A stretch of 64,000 nt of DNA, taken from assembly GCA_026770705.1 (NCBI GenBank), contig JANJGN010000038.1:7564001-7628000 (forward strand), read 5' to 3'. The stretch is from Isurus oxyrinchus (Eukaryota). Positions 11,822 to 24,329 of this stretch are shown here, piece after piece. Both the position numbers and the translations under genes were made by a program. A model generated the notes under the pieces. The model saw only the letters and a list, made by a program, of their open reading frames with translations. It had not been told where the DNA came from and did no database searches. The first letter of the stretch is position 1; every line of letters starts with the position of its first letter.

Positions 11822-13521
11822 TGCGTTCGAGTCCAAGAAAGAGTTGAAATATAAGCTGGTTTAAGGTGTGTGTGTGAGGGGCGGAGAGAGAGAGAGGTGG
11901 AGTGGGGGTGTGGTTGTAGGGACAAACAAGCAGTGATAGAAGCAGATCATCAAAAGATGTCAACAACAATAATACAAAAGAACACATAGGTGTTAAAGTT
12001 AAAGTTGGTGATACTATCTAAACGAATGTGCTAATTAAGAATGGATGGTAGGGCACTCAAGGTATAGCTCTAGTGGGGGCGGGGAGAGCATAAAAGATGT
12101 AAAAGAAATATAAAATAAATAAATAAATATTTCTTTTTCTTTTTCTCTTTCTATAATGGAAATAGGTGGGAAAAGGAAAATCTACATAATTTATTGGAAA
12201 AAAAAAGAAAAGGAAGGGGGAAACAGAAAGGGGATGGGGATGGGGGAGGGAGCTCACGACCTAAAGTTGTTGAATTCAATATTCAGTCCGGAAGGCTGTA
12301 AAGTGCCTAGTTGGAAGATGAGGTGTTATTCCTCCAGTTTGCGTTGGGCTTCACTGGAACAATGCAGCAAGCCAAGGACAGACACGTGGGCAAGAGAGCA
12401 GGGTGGAGTGTTAAAATGGCAAGCGACAGGGAGGTTTGGGTCATTCTTGCGGACAGACCGCAGGTGTTCTGCAAAGCAGTCGCCCAGTTTACGTTTGGTC
12501 TCTCCAATGTAGAGGAGACCACATTGGGAGCAACGAATGTAGTAGACTAAGTTGGGGGAAATGCAAGTGAAATGCTGCTTCAGTTGAAAGAAGTGTTTTG
12601 GTCCTTGAACGGTGAGGAGAGAGGAAGTGAAGGGGCAGGTATTGCATCTTTTGCGTGGGCATGAGGTGGTGCCATAGGAGGGGGTTGAGGAGTAGGGGGT
12701 GATGCAGGAGTGGACCAGGGTGTCCCAGAGGGAGCGATCCCTACGGAATGCCGATACGGGGGGGGGGGGGGGGTGGTGGGGTGAAGGGAAGATGCGTTTG
12801 GTGGTGGCATTATGCTGGAGTTAGCGGAAATGGCGGAGGATGAACGTAAACTGGGCGACCACTTTGCAGAACACCTGCGGTCTGTCCGCAAGAATGACCC
12901 AAACCTCCCTGTCGCTTGCCATTTTAACACTCCACCCTGCTCTCTTGCCCACATGTCTGTCCTTGGCTTGCTGCAGTGTTCCAGTGAAGCCCAACGCAAA
13001 CTCGAGGAACAACACCTCATCTTCCGACTAGGCACCTTACAGCCATCCGGACTGAATATTGAATTCAACAACTTTAGGTCGTGAGCTCCCTCCCCCATCC
13101 CCACCCCCTTTCTCTTTCCCCCTTCCTTTTCTTTTTTTCCAATAAATTATATAGATTTTCCTTTTCCCACCTATTTCCATTATAAAAAGAGAAAAAGAAA
13201 AAAAATATATTTATTTATTTTATATATGTTTTTACATCTTTTATGCTCTCCCCACCCCCACTAGAGCTATACCTTGAGTGCCCTACCATCCATTCTTAAT
13301 TAGCACATTCGTTTAGATAATGTCACCAACTTTAACTTTAACACCTATGTGTTCTTTTGTATTACTGTCGCTGACATCTTTTGATGATCTGCTTCTATCA
13401 CTGCTTGTTTGTCCCTACAACCACACCCCACTCCACCTCTCTCTCTCTCTCTCTCTCTCCGTCCCCCACACACACACCTTAGACCAGCTTATATTTCAAC
13501 TCTTTCTTGGACTCGAACCCA

Positions 13522-13560
13522 AGTTCTGTGGAAGGGTCATGAGGACTCGAAACGTCAACT
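13522..13560 (+). ncRNA. Minimal type I hammerhead ribozyme-like motif (variant core), inverted copy
   Basis: AGUU-CUGUGGA-A-GGGUC-AUGAG-GACUC-GAAACGUC-AACU. Confidence 0.6.
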
Positions 13561-13888
13561 CTTTTCTTCTCCGCCGATGCTGCCAGACCTGCTGAGTTTT
13601 TCCAGGTAATTCTGTTTTTGTTTTTGTTCTGCTTAACTGGGGTTTGGTCTCCCTGTGCAGCTTCGATTATTGTTATATTTCAAGCCATAATCCGCCTGCA
13701 CGGCTTTGCCTCCTCTGTTTGGTCATGGTCCGGCCTTCCTGTATCTCTTTGGCACCGCTAGCCGGCCTTCGCGGCTCCGCCTCCTACCCTGGCGCCTCCT
13801 ATCTCCTGTCCTGAGTCCTCCTCCAGATTGTTTGATACTTGACCGGACTGTTCTCGGGTAGGCTTACTTACAGGTGGTAAATAAATAT

Positions 13889-13894
13889 ACTCAC
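13889..13894 (-). promoter_or_regulatory. Candidate retroviral major splice donor
   Basis: AGG|GTGAGT about 40 nt after the PBS, with a second GTAAGT at 13871-13866. A matching acceptor 'ttaatgtctccacag|' at 5487 lies just before env ATG 5470. Confidence 0.45.
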
Positions 13895-13931
13895 CCTCTG
13901 TGCAGAGTCGCCCAGAGGATCCGATCCAAGT

Positions 13932-13948
13932 ATCTTGCTGACTACACC
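13932..13948 (-). other. Primer-binding site, tRNA-Ser-like
   Basis: GGTGTAGTCAGCAAGAT directly after the 5' LTR. It matches 14/17 to the complement of the vertebrate tRNA-Ser(AGA/TGA) 3' end (GGCGTAGTCGGCAGGAT, recalled from memory); two of the mismatches are CpG-type transitions. Confidence 0.7.
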
Positions 13949-14537
13949 TGTTGTGGTCACTTTGACAAACGGACCACTGGAGTCTCAGGTACAGGTCATG
14001 ATCGTTTATTGGAGCAATTGAAAGGAGAGAACCATCCCAATGCAGTTTGAGATAGCACTCTGCAAACTTCAAGTGTTAACCATATCTCTACATTATTGAT
14101 CACATATAAGAACAGTTTCTAGATTCCGATCCCATCAACATATAGGTTTACATTAAACAGATGTCTCTCTAGTAACAAAGTTACCAAAGTACAGACATCA
14201 TCTGTCCCTACTTTCACCCTGGCGGAGGCCTTCTCTCCCAACTGAACTAGGACGATCTGTTCTTTCCCTATCTGATATAAACAGGCCCAATCTTGGTTGT
14301 TTTTCAACCAAAGGCTCCGGTCGGACTCCTCCAACACCCAATCTATCACATTTGCATTCCTTTATGTTCGTTCTGGCCTTGCTGATGGTCACAGGCTCTG
14401 AGGGTGTGCAAGGTTCAGCTTCCTCTCTGTCCAGCCTGGCCTTTAACTATACTTTCAGGCACTGGCTTCTTGGATATTTTAAACAGTTCATTCACTTACA
14501 ATAAGTTCTTAATGTACCCCTATATTCTCCCCTAACA
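13949..14537 (-). repeat. 5' LTR (589 bp)
   Basis: tgttgtggtcac...cccctaaca; direct repeat of 2912-3480 with an ~20-bp indel near 14011-14038. Confidence 0.92.
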
Positions 14538-16850
14538 CCCCCCATCGTGTTTTGTGGCACTAGCTTAATGGGGTAGATTTCGAACAGATCCAGCAAGTCA
14601 AAACTGGGCATTCATGCGGTGCTGTGGCCCATTAGCAGCAGCAGAATTGTACTTGAGTACAATCTGTAACCTCATGGTCCAGCATAATAAAGGCATACAG
14701 GAAACTGATTTTATTAGCCCATGCATAGAATACAAGGGCAGGGACTTTAATAGGGAATTGTATAAGACGTTGGTTAGACCACAACTGGAATACTGCATGC
14801 AGTTCTGGTCACATAATGGGAAAGATATAATTGCACTAGAGAGGATCCACTCGGCTGGAGCGTCTGAGCTTGGAGGACAGATTTCATAGGCTGGGTTTGT
14901 TTTGCTTGGAGCAGCAAAGTTTGAGAGGGGACCTGATAGATGAATATAAAATGAAGGGCATAGATAGGGTGGATAGGAAGTCACTTTTTCCATCAGTACA
15001 GGGGTCAAAAACCAGGGGGAATGGATTTAATATAAGAGGTAGAAGGCTGAGACGGGAGTTGAGGAGAAATTCTTTCACCAGAGGGGGTGGGAGTCTGCAA
15101 TTCACTGCCTGAAACGGTGATTGGGTCAGAAAATCGCATAACATTTAAGAAGTATTTAAGTATTCACTTGCGTTGCCTTGGTCTCCGGGGCCATGGGCCA
15201 AGCGCTGGAAAATGGGATTAATGTTGTCAGACCTTCGCCGACTGGCACAGACACGATGGGCCAAATGGCCTCCATCTGTGCTGTCGACTTATATGAGTCC
15301 ACAAGCCTATATCACCCATTCTATCATTACCATCAAACCAGGGTTCCAACTATGGTTCAATGAAGAATTCATGAGGGCATGTCAGGAGCAGAACCAGGCA
15401 CACCTAAAAAAGAGGTGTCAACCTGGTGGAGCGATAACACAGGGTTACATGCGTGCCAAACAGCATAATCAGCAAGTGATAGGCAGAGCTAAGTGGTCGC
15501 GCAACCAATGGATCAGATGTAAGTACTGCAGTCCTGCCACATCCCGTCGTGAATCGTGGTGGACAATTAAACAACTCACTGCAGGAAGAGGCTGCACAAC
15601 CATTCCCATCCTCAATGATGGAGGAACCCAGCACATCAATAAAATAGGCAAGGGTGAAGCATTTGCTACAATCTTCAGCCAGAGGTGCCCAGTGGATGAC
15701 CCATCTTGGTCTCGCCCCAGAATCACATATGCCAGTCTTCAGCCAATTCGATTCACTCCACGTGATCTCAAGAAAAGGCTGAAGGCATTGAATTGTACAA
15801 AGGCGATGGTCCAGGAAAATATTCCGTCAATAGTACTGAAGACTCGTACTCCAAAACTTGCCAAGATGCTCCGGTATGTCTGCAACACTGGGTTCCTCAG
15901 GGTAGTGTCCTCGGCCCAACCATCTTCAGCTGCTTCATCAATAACCTTCCTTTCATCATAAGGCCAGAGGTGGGATGTTTGCTGATGATTCCACAATGTT
16001 TAAACACAATTCGCGACTCCTCTGATGCTGAAGCAGTTCGTGTCAAAATGCAGCAAGACCTGGACAATAACCTGGCTTGGACTGACAAGTAGCAAGTAAC
16101 AATTGCGCCTCTCAAATGACAGGCTATGTCCATCTGCAACAAGGGAGAATCTAGCTTCCGCCTGTTGAGGTGCAATGGCATTGCCATCGCAGACTCCCCC
16201 CCCCCCCCCCCACCCCCCGGTATCAACATCCTGAGGGTTAACAATGTCCAGAAATTGAGCTGCAATAGACATATAAATACTTTGACGACAAGATCAGGCC
16301 GCAGGATGGGAATCCTGGGACGAGAAACTCACCTCCTGACTCCCCAAGGTCTGTCCACCAATCTACAAAGTACAAATCAGGAATGTGATTGGACAATCTC
16401 CATTTGCCTGCATGAGCGCAGCTCCCACAGCACTCAAGAAGCTGGAGACCATCACATCCGCAAACAGTTACCCCCTGCATCACAGTAGCAGTATTGTGCA
16501 CCATCTTCGAGATGCACTGCAGGAATTCAACAAGGCTCCTTCGACAGCATCTTCCAAGCACATAGGCACTGCCATCTAGAAAGACAAGGGAACTAGATAT
16601 AGGGGAACGCCACCATCTGGAAGTTCCCTTCCACGTCACTCACCATTCTGACTTGGAAATATATCGCCTTTCCTTCACTGTCGCTGGGTGAAATACCTCG
16701 AGCTCCCTCCCTAACAGCACGGTGGGTGCACCTACACCACACAGAATGCCAAGTTTCCAGAAGCTCGCTCACTAGCTCAAGAGCAATTAGGAATGGGCAA
16801 TAAATGCTGGCCCAGCCAGCGAAACCCACATCCCGTGAACGCAAATTAAA
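14538..16850 (+). mobile_element. Continuation and 3' end of the tRNA-headed LINE (contains a CR1 fragment at 14686-15300; internally deleted RT)
   Basis: WWTIKQLT, IPILNDGG, VPQGSVLGPTIFSCFINNLP, QQDLDN; 3' end 'gcaattaggaatgggcaataaatgctggcccagccagcgaaacccacatcccgtgaa'. Confidence 0.85.
14686..15300 (+). mobile_element. CR1 LINE 3' fragment
   Basis: ELYKTLVRPQLEYCMQFWS, LRGDLI, and a CR1-type tail 'gatgggccaaatggcctccatctgtgctgt'. Confidence 0.85.
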
Positions 16851-16999
16851 TGCCAGGGCATCCACTGACCCTGGCACTTTTAGGCGCCCAGGTTATATGC
16901 CAACAGGCCCTGGGAACTTGTCGGACTTCCGGGTTTTTTTCTTCAGTAATTTTTCTGCTGATATAACTTACCTTAATTTATTCACTCTTAAAAACACTT

Positions 17000-19900
17000 A
17001 TGTTAACCAATATTTCTGGTGAGCACCTTGTGATTTCCATTGCGCACTGCACACAACTGATGTATTCAGTAACTCTGCCATTTAGTCATTCCCCATAACA
17101 AATTTCCCTGACACTAGTAGGTGTTTACTTCAGCTACTTTTATTTTTTTTAACTTGTCAAAGTTTTTACAATCGTTTTTTATGCTCCTGTCTAGTTTGCT
17201 CTGACTTTGAATACTTTCCCTCCTTTTTAATAACTTTCAGCTGACCCTTTCATGATTTGTAATACAATCTCAATCCTCAGCCTTGCTCCTACTCTTTGCA
17301 GCAATATAAGTTTCTATTTTTAATCTGATGCTATCTTAACTTCCTGCTTAATACTCGGATGTGATTTTTCTTGCTGAGTTTTTGGTTTTTCAATGGAATG
17401 AATTTTTTCGATAAATCTGAATTATTCTTGAAATGGTTTCCACTGTTTATTAGCTTCCATTGCTGTAATTATATTGCCCAAACCACACTTATCCAGCCCT
17501 CTCCCCATTCTAAACAATTGGTTTTGTTTAAATTGAATGTAACTGTTTGGTAGAATATGTCGCACTCATGCTTAAATTGGAACTTAAATGCATTACAGTC
17601 ACAAGTTCCGGCCGATCTTTAACAATGAGATTAATAATTAACTGTGTCTAATTTTCCGCAACACATTGTTCCAAAGAAATATGCATCTACTTGACGACCC
17701 TTGTCACTTTGTTAAGCCCTATTTTTATGAGGATTAAAGTTCGTCAGTTTTATTAAATTGCCTTTGTGACACGTTCCAACAATTTCTTGTTTAATGTTCT
17801 GTGCAACTGTTAGGTTCTCCTAGTAGATGTATAAGCTCCTCCCACCACTCTCTTTGTCCAAAATATTCACCTAACCAGATTCCACTACATGATCTTCTGA
17901 TCGAAGGCCCTTGCTCACTAAGGTCCTTATATCATCATTTACTATCAGTCCCCCTTGGCAATTGAGTCTGCATTTTAGAAATATTGCGTAGCCTGGAATA
18001 TTATTTCACAACCTTGTTCACCGTGCAGCTATGTTTCTGTATTGAAGAATAGCTGTTAATCATTGATCTCGATTTGTGACAATAGTTCATCGACTTATCG
18101 TATTGTGGGTGTTTTTTTTTTGCATCCTGATAAGGATAATTTAATTTCATGTCGGCTACTATTGCCGTTATTTTTTCACTTTCTGATGCAGGATTACTGT
18201 TCAATTCTTTGCACCTTCCTGATCCACTCTGCTGATTTTTAGTTTGTTCCATTGCCTTGAGTTTTATCTTCATATTTCGATATCTCCCTTCACACCGACA
18301 CTGCTCCCACACTACATTTGACGATCTACCTGAAACCCTAGTTATACAGTTCACCATGACACTGCCACCAGCCATGTTTCAGCACAGCCTGTGCCAATTA
18401 AACAATCCTGTCTTTAATGGGTGCTTGTGCCGTTACCCCATGAATTGAGACCCCTTATTCACACACCACTCTTTGCGCCAGGAGATGAATTATCTATTCT
18501 GTTTGAACCTATGCTAATATCATGTCGGTCAGAATGGCTTTGACGTTCTGCATTTTAATTTCAATTCTAACTGCTCTCTTAGAAGAACTTGATTCCTAAT
18601 TCTACCACAATAACTGGATCTCCCCCTTTCCCCATCCCCCATCCCCGAAACTTCACATTTGCCTGAAGCTGCGAGGCAGTGTCCCTCACCCTGGAAACGA
18701 GCAGTTATACGAACGTAAGAATAAGGAGCGGGAGAAGGTTATTTGATCTTCGAAATTGCTTTGCCAATCAATAAGACCATGACTTATCTGATAATAACCT
18801 CAAAACAGCAGCCCACCTACCCGAGATTGCCTAAAACCCCCATACTTTCCAAGAATCTGTCCACCTTAACCATTAAAATGTTGAAATACTCTGCTTCTAA
18901 GGCCTTTTCCAGAAAAGAGTACCAAAGACGTACGACCCCCTTGGAGAAATTAATAATTGAATCACCTCCATTTGAAATGGGCGACTCATTTTTTCTTAAC
19001 AGTTACCTTGAGTTATGGATTCTCCTACAAAAGGAAACATCCTCTCCAAATACACTCTGTCAAGACCCCTCAGTTCCTTCTATGTTTCAGCCCAGTCACT
19101 TCTTACTCTTCTAAACTTCAGCGGATACAAGCCTAGCCTTTCCAACATATCCTCATTAGACAACCCTCCCGTTCCATGTATTAGCCTGGTAAGCCTTCTC
19201 TGAACTGCTTCCAACACATTTACAGCCTTCCTCAAAAAAACGTGATGAACACTGTGTACAGCATTCCTGGTGTGGTGTCACTAGTGTCCTGCATAACTGA
19301 AGCGTAACCTCCCCACTTATGTGATCAATTCCCTCCCAATTAATGATAACATTCTATTAGTTCTCCTAACTACCTGATGTGCTACATACAATCCTTTTAT
19401 GATTCAGGCACTAAGTCACCCAGACCACTCTGCACCTCAAAGTTCTACAGTCTCTCAAAATTTGGATAATGTGCCTGTCTTTTATTCTTCCTGACAGAAT
19501 GGACAATTTCACATTTTCTCACGTTATAGTATATTTGCCAGATCTTTTCCCACTCAGTTAACCTATTTGTATTTTTAGCCTCATTATGTGCTCTTCACAA
19601 CTGTGTTTCTGACTTAACTTTGCAGCATCAGCAAATTTGGCAACATTCCCACCCATCACTTCATCGAAGTTATTTATATAAATTATATATCGTTGAACCG
19701 CCAGCACTGACCCCTGTGGCACAACACTCGATACATCCTGCCAAGCTGAAAGGGCCCATATATGCCTCCTCTCTTCTTCCCGTTAGCCAGTCAATCTTCT
19801 ACCCATGCCAAAATGTTATCCCTTTACCATGAGTGCTTTTATTTTACGCAATAACACCTGATTTAGCACTTTATCAAATGTCTTCTGCAAATCTAAGTAC

Positions 19901-20620
19901 AGAACATTCACCAGTTCCCCTACATCGACAGCACATGTTACTCCCTCAACGATTAAGCACAACCTTCTGAGCTTCAAGCCGCAGCTGCAAATGACAGCGT
20001 CTACACCTAACTGTACATCGCTCAGGCAGTACTACATTTATTTCCACTACACTACTCCGCAGCCCGTTACCACCCCACACCCATTGAATGCTTTCCTGCA
20101 CCCTGGAGCCATCCTCACTTTGTTCTACAAACTACAGTCTTTCTGCTCATTCAAATAGTTTGCAAGCACTTCGGTCTCTTGGGCAAATTCATGGGCTCAG
20201 AACATCCCATCAGTATCCACAGCATCCTGATCCATGCCTATCTCACAGTCATAACCCGCTGTCTCTGGTCATCGAAAGACTCTAACTTTCTACCTGACAT
20301 AAAGGGGTGACAGTGCCTCCTGGAACACAATGTCCAGGGACTAATCCCCCCTCCATGATTCGACACATCATATGGGACTCTGGCTGCTGCTTGCTTTGGA
20401 ATGCCTTTAAGGAGCGTATCTAAAAGTACTATATACCATCAGAGTGATTGTGATGCATATGCTCAATTAATCATCACGCTGAAGATATGAGCAGCTGGAG
20501 AGACAGGACCTGTCAAGGGACTTTCAGAGATAGGCGCATGTGGTTTCACTGCTTGAAATAAAAGCCCACATAATTATGTTACCAATCTTCTTGGTTGAGG
20601 TATCTGTGTAACGCAGAAAC
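17000..20620 (-). mobile_element. Old, highly decayed CR1-like LINE (ORF1/APE region)
   Basis: Residual endonuclease-region and ORF1-like motifs. The homologous copy at ~35500-37400 lacks 18445-20133. Boundaries approximate. Confidence 0.5.
18705..19950 (-). mobile_element. CR1 LINE 3' fragment (present only in unit A)
   Basis: Reverse-strand RT and tail motifs: 'gcactttatcaaatgtcttctgcaaatctaagtac' (DLQKTFDKV), 'gcagcatcagcaaatttgg' (KFADA) and tail 'gaacgtaagaataaggagcgggagaagg'. Confidence 0.8.
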
Positions 20621-21229
20621 CACAACATTGCTTAACAGATCAGAGGTGAGGTCACTCGAAGAGATTTAGTTCTCCAGGATTGCAATCATTCCACAGATTC
20701 TGATGTTTTTGAGTTACAGCACACCAGCATCACTGTCATGTTTGAATAATCATATTTAATTAACCAATAAAATAGATACTAATCGATACAGCTAAACTAA
20801 TAGCAAGCTATGCCCCATAGCGTTTTGGCAGAAGAAAAAACCTACCAGCCACTGAAGGCCCCAGATGGTACAAAAAGGACACCTCCTTCTCCCTTTGCAC
20901 TGATTTCCCACTTACACCAAATTTCCAAATTGGCTTTTTTTCCTCGTTGCAGGAAAGCCTTGTGATCTCACTTTGTCGTCTCACTCTGTATACTTCTCGA
21001 AAGAGAGAGAGCAGATGGCTCAAACCAAAATGCAAATGCTAAGTCAGCTTTCTGCTTTGGTAAATAACATCTATTCGGGTAGCAACATTCAGTTGGCTGA
21101 CTGTTAACTGAACGTGACATAGCCGTTTCTGTTAACTAGGCTTCTTAACTAGCATGCCTAGGTTTCATACCAGACAGTGACTTCTAATCTAAATTCTATC
21201 TTGTGAAACACTTACCAGAGAGATTCCTG

Positions 21230-23365
21230 TTGTATGGCACCTATCACCGTGTTATTGGGATTGATTTCCAATACATCTTGCAACTTTAAACTGGACAGTC
21301 TATGAGGCAATGTGGACCATCACCAACAGTGGATATCTATTCAACCGCAATCTATAACCTCAGGGCCCAGCAAATAGCCCCCTACACCACTACCATCAAA
21401 TCAGTGGATCCAAACTATTTGAACAAAGAGTTGAGGTGGGCATGGCTTTGGCAGAATCAGGCAGGCCTAAAATTGAGGTGTCAACATGGTGAATAGAGAA
21501 CACAAGATACTTGATTGCCAAAGAGCAGAAACAGCATGCGATCGAGAGAAGTAAGTAATCGTGCAACCAACATGTCATATTGAAGGTCTGCAGTCCTGCC
21601 ACATCCAGTTAAAAAAAGGGCTTGGATAAGTCAACAATTAACAAGACGATGAGAATCCATAAATACCCTCATCACCAATAACAGGCGAGCCCAGAACATC
21701 AGTGCAAAAGACAAAGCCGAATCATTTGCAACAATCTTCAGTCAGAAATGCTCAGTGGATGGTTGAACTCTGCCTGCTCTTGAGGTCAGCAGCATCAGAA
21801 GAGAGAGTCTTCAGCCAATTTGATTCACCCCACTTCATGAAAAAGCTGCTGAAGGCTCTGGAAACTGCAAAGGTTTCGGGCCCTGACAACATTCCAGCAA
21901 TTGCGCTGAAGTCTTGTCCTCCGGAATAAGCTGTACCCCTAGCCAAGCTGTTCCAGTGTATTTGGAACGCTGGCATACACCCCGAAAAGTAGAACATTTC
22001 CTATTTTTAGCATGTGCACAAAAGAAGTGACAAATCCAACACGGCCAATTACCCCATCATCAGTTTACTCTTGGTTATCAATAAAGTGATGGGAGGTGTT
22101 TTCAACAGTGTCACAAAGAGGTGTTCATTGACGCTCAGTCTGTGTTGCATCATCGCTACTCAGCTCTGAACGCCATTGCATTCTAGAACCAAATATGAAC
22201 CAGAATTGAACAAAAGAGGTGAGATGAGAATAACTGCTGTTGACATCAGGGCATCCTTTGACCGAGTGTGGCATTAAGGAGCCCTCAAAAAACTGGAGTC
22301 AATGGGAAACTGGTAAGAGTCATACTTAGCACAAAAGAAGATCATTGTGGTTTTTGAAGGTCAAACATCTTCGTCCCAGGATATTCCTGCAGGAGTTCCT
22401 CGGGGTAGTGATCTCGGCCCATAAATCTTCCGCTGCTTCATCAATGACCATCCTTCCATCATCAGGTCAGAAGTGGGGATGTTCGCTATTGATTGTACAA
22501 GGTTAAACAAGAATATCCGCACCACAGATAATGAAGCAGCTCCTGGCCTTGGGCAGCAAGAATAGGACAACATCTAGATTTGGGCTGATAATTTGAAACT
22601 AACATTCGTTCGATACGATTATTAGGCAATGGTCATCTCCAATATGAGAGAATCTAATCATTTCCGTCTGAGAATCAATGACATTACTATCACTGACACC
22701 TCCAGTATCAACATTGTGGGGATTAATATTGGAGAGAATCTGAACTGTACCATCCAGATAAATAATTTGGCGAAAAGAGCAGTTCACAGGTTAGGAACTC
22801 TGCAGTGAGAAACTCACCTCACCCCCACCAAGAACTGTCCACGATCTACAAGGCACAAGACAGGAGTGTGATGGAATATCTGCCCAGATAAATGCAGCTC
22901 CAACAGCACTCACGAAACTCCATAACATCAGGAAATGGAGCCCCCTTCAATCGCAACTTATTCACTCTCTTAAACAGTTACTCCCTCCATCAGCGACAGG
23001 TAGTGACAGCAGCATATACAACACAAAATGAACTTCAGCAATTCACGAAGCGTCCATCGAGAGCAAACAAACGCTTGACCTCTGCCACCTTGAAGGACAA
23101 AGTCTGTAGATGAAATGGAACATCACCGATTGCAAGTTACCCTCCAAACCACACGCCACCCTGACTTGGAAATATGTTGCTGTTGCATCCATGCTGCTGG
23201 GCCAAAGCCCTCTAACTGCCTTCCTGACATAAATGTTTTAGCACATACACCAAGTGGGCAACTGCATTTCATTAAAGCGGCACATCACCAGCTTTCAAGG
23301 GCAATTAGGGATAGTCAATAATAACTTGCGTAACCAGAGAAGCCAACTTGCCATTAATAAATCAA
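21230..23365 (+). mobile_element. Decayed copy of the same APE-RT LINE family as 1873-16850 (5'-truncated)
   Basis: GPDNIPAIALK, 'gcaggagttcctcggggtagtgatctcggccc' (GVP-GS-LGP), and the same 3' end 'gggcaattagggatagtcaataa'. Confidence 0.8.
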
Positions 23366-24329
23366 TAATTCGCAGCTGCTCCAAGTTCAGGACTAAGCTC
23401 TCATTCCTTGTTGCATAACGGCCTATTCATCTCAAGTGATGTTCCCACAGAATGCAGTTAATAAATCTAACTATATTGAATCATAAGCGACGCTTCAATA
23501 AATTGATGATTGTTCATTCAACAAATTAATTATCAGAACATAGCTGCTAAGAGTGAATACTCATTACCTAAAGAATATATGTGGACCTTGTTTAAATTTC
23601 TGATATGTTGCTGAATAATTAGACCTTATAAATTTTCCAGATTATTTCCCAAGTTCTCTTCATTCATCCAAGATAATGTTGTTCTAATCAATTAAATAGC
23701 TGCAATAATAAATGGGGGTTAATAAGCTCATTGTTCAATTGAATTGCATCTCTCGTTATTTCTATTTTTGATGTTTTATATTAATGATATTTACAGGTGA
23801 GTTGCATTAACCTAATAATTGGAGCAATCAGAAACTTGGACAAATTGTATGAGCTAAACAAATGTTAGAAATAAAGATGGGACACTCGTTTTTTTAAAAA
23901 ATAAAAACAACGGTGAATTTCAGCATCACACGTATTCCAACACTTGCGTGTACAGAGTATAAAATAATGACTAAATAATAACACTGTAGCAACATATAAA
24001 ACAAAGATGAATATTAAATGTATTGTTGAGAACATGCAATCTCCACATGACTAGCAACGGGCGTAAGTTCCCAATGTTTCTAACATTTCATTTAGACAAA
24101 TCACTGCAAATATTGCCATTACAGATAAAGTAAACGAAGGACCTTGAGCCAATGTGGAACAACAACGTTAAGGTGCAGATCAACCATGATCTAACTGAAT
24201 GCAAAAAAATACCTGTCCGTATATGTTATAATTTTCACTCAGTTTACGTCGTAATTGTTCAGAACATCAAATATCAGTGTTTGTATCTGAAATAGTATAA
24301 TTCAGAAAATTCACTTTCTAGATTTGGGC

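Larger units (their letters stand above)
11675..13632. mobile_element. Penelope-like element (GIY-YIG), 5'-truncated, with an inverted second copy of its 3' end
   Basis: Minus arm encodes LVYYIRCSQCGLLYIGETKRKLG...FAEH...PVACHFN...LGTLQPSGLN. The plus arm 12843-13628 is an inverted copy of ~11715-12495. Flanked by a 9-bp direct repeat TTAACTGGG (11666-11674 and 13633-13641). Confidence 0.9.
2912..14537 (-). mobile_element. Decayed endogenous retrovirus-like LTR element (gag remnant, integrase remnant, env remnant; no RT found)
   Basis: Two direct TG...CA LTRs. The PBS is next to the right LTR and the PPT next to the left LTR, so the element is on the minus strand. Integrase motifs and an env-like frame are present. 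A degenerate 4-5 bp TSD (cgccc/ccccc) flanks it, and the host LINE is continuous across it. Confidence 0.9.

Noticed and set aside
21009-21036. E-box CAGATG plus octamer ATGCAAAT as a 3' IgH enhancer (other octamers at 14350 and 51547)
   Set aside because: A few octamers are expected by chance in 64 kb of AT-rich DNA, and none of these is conserved in the paralogous unit or the other LTR.
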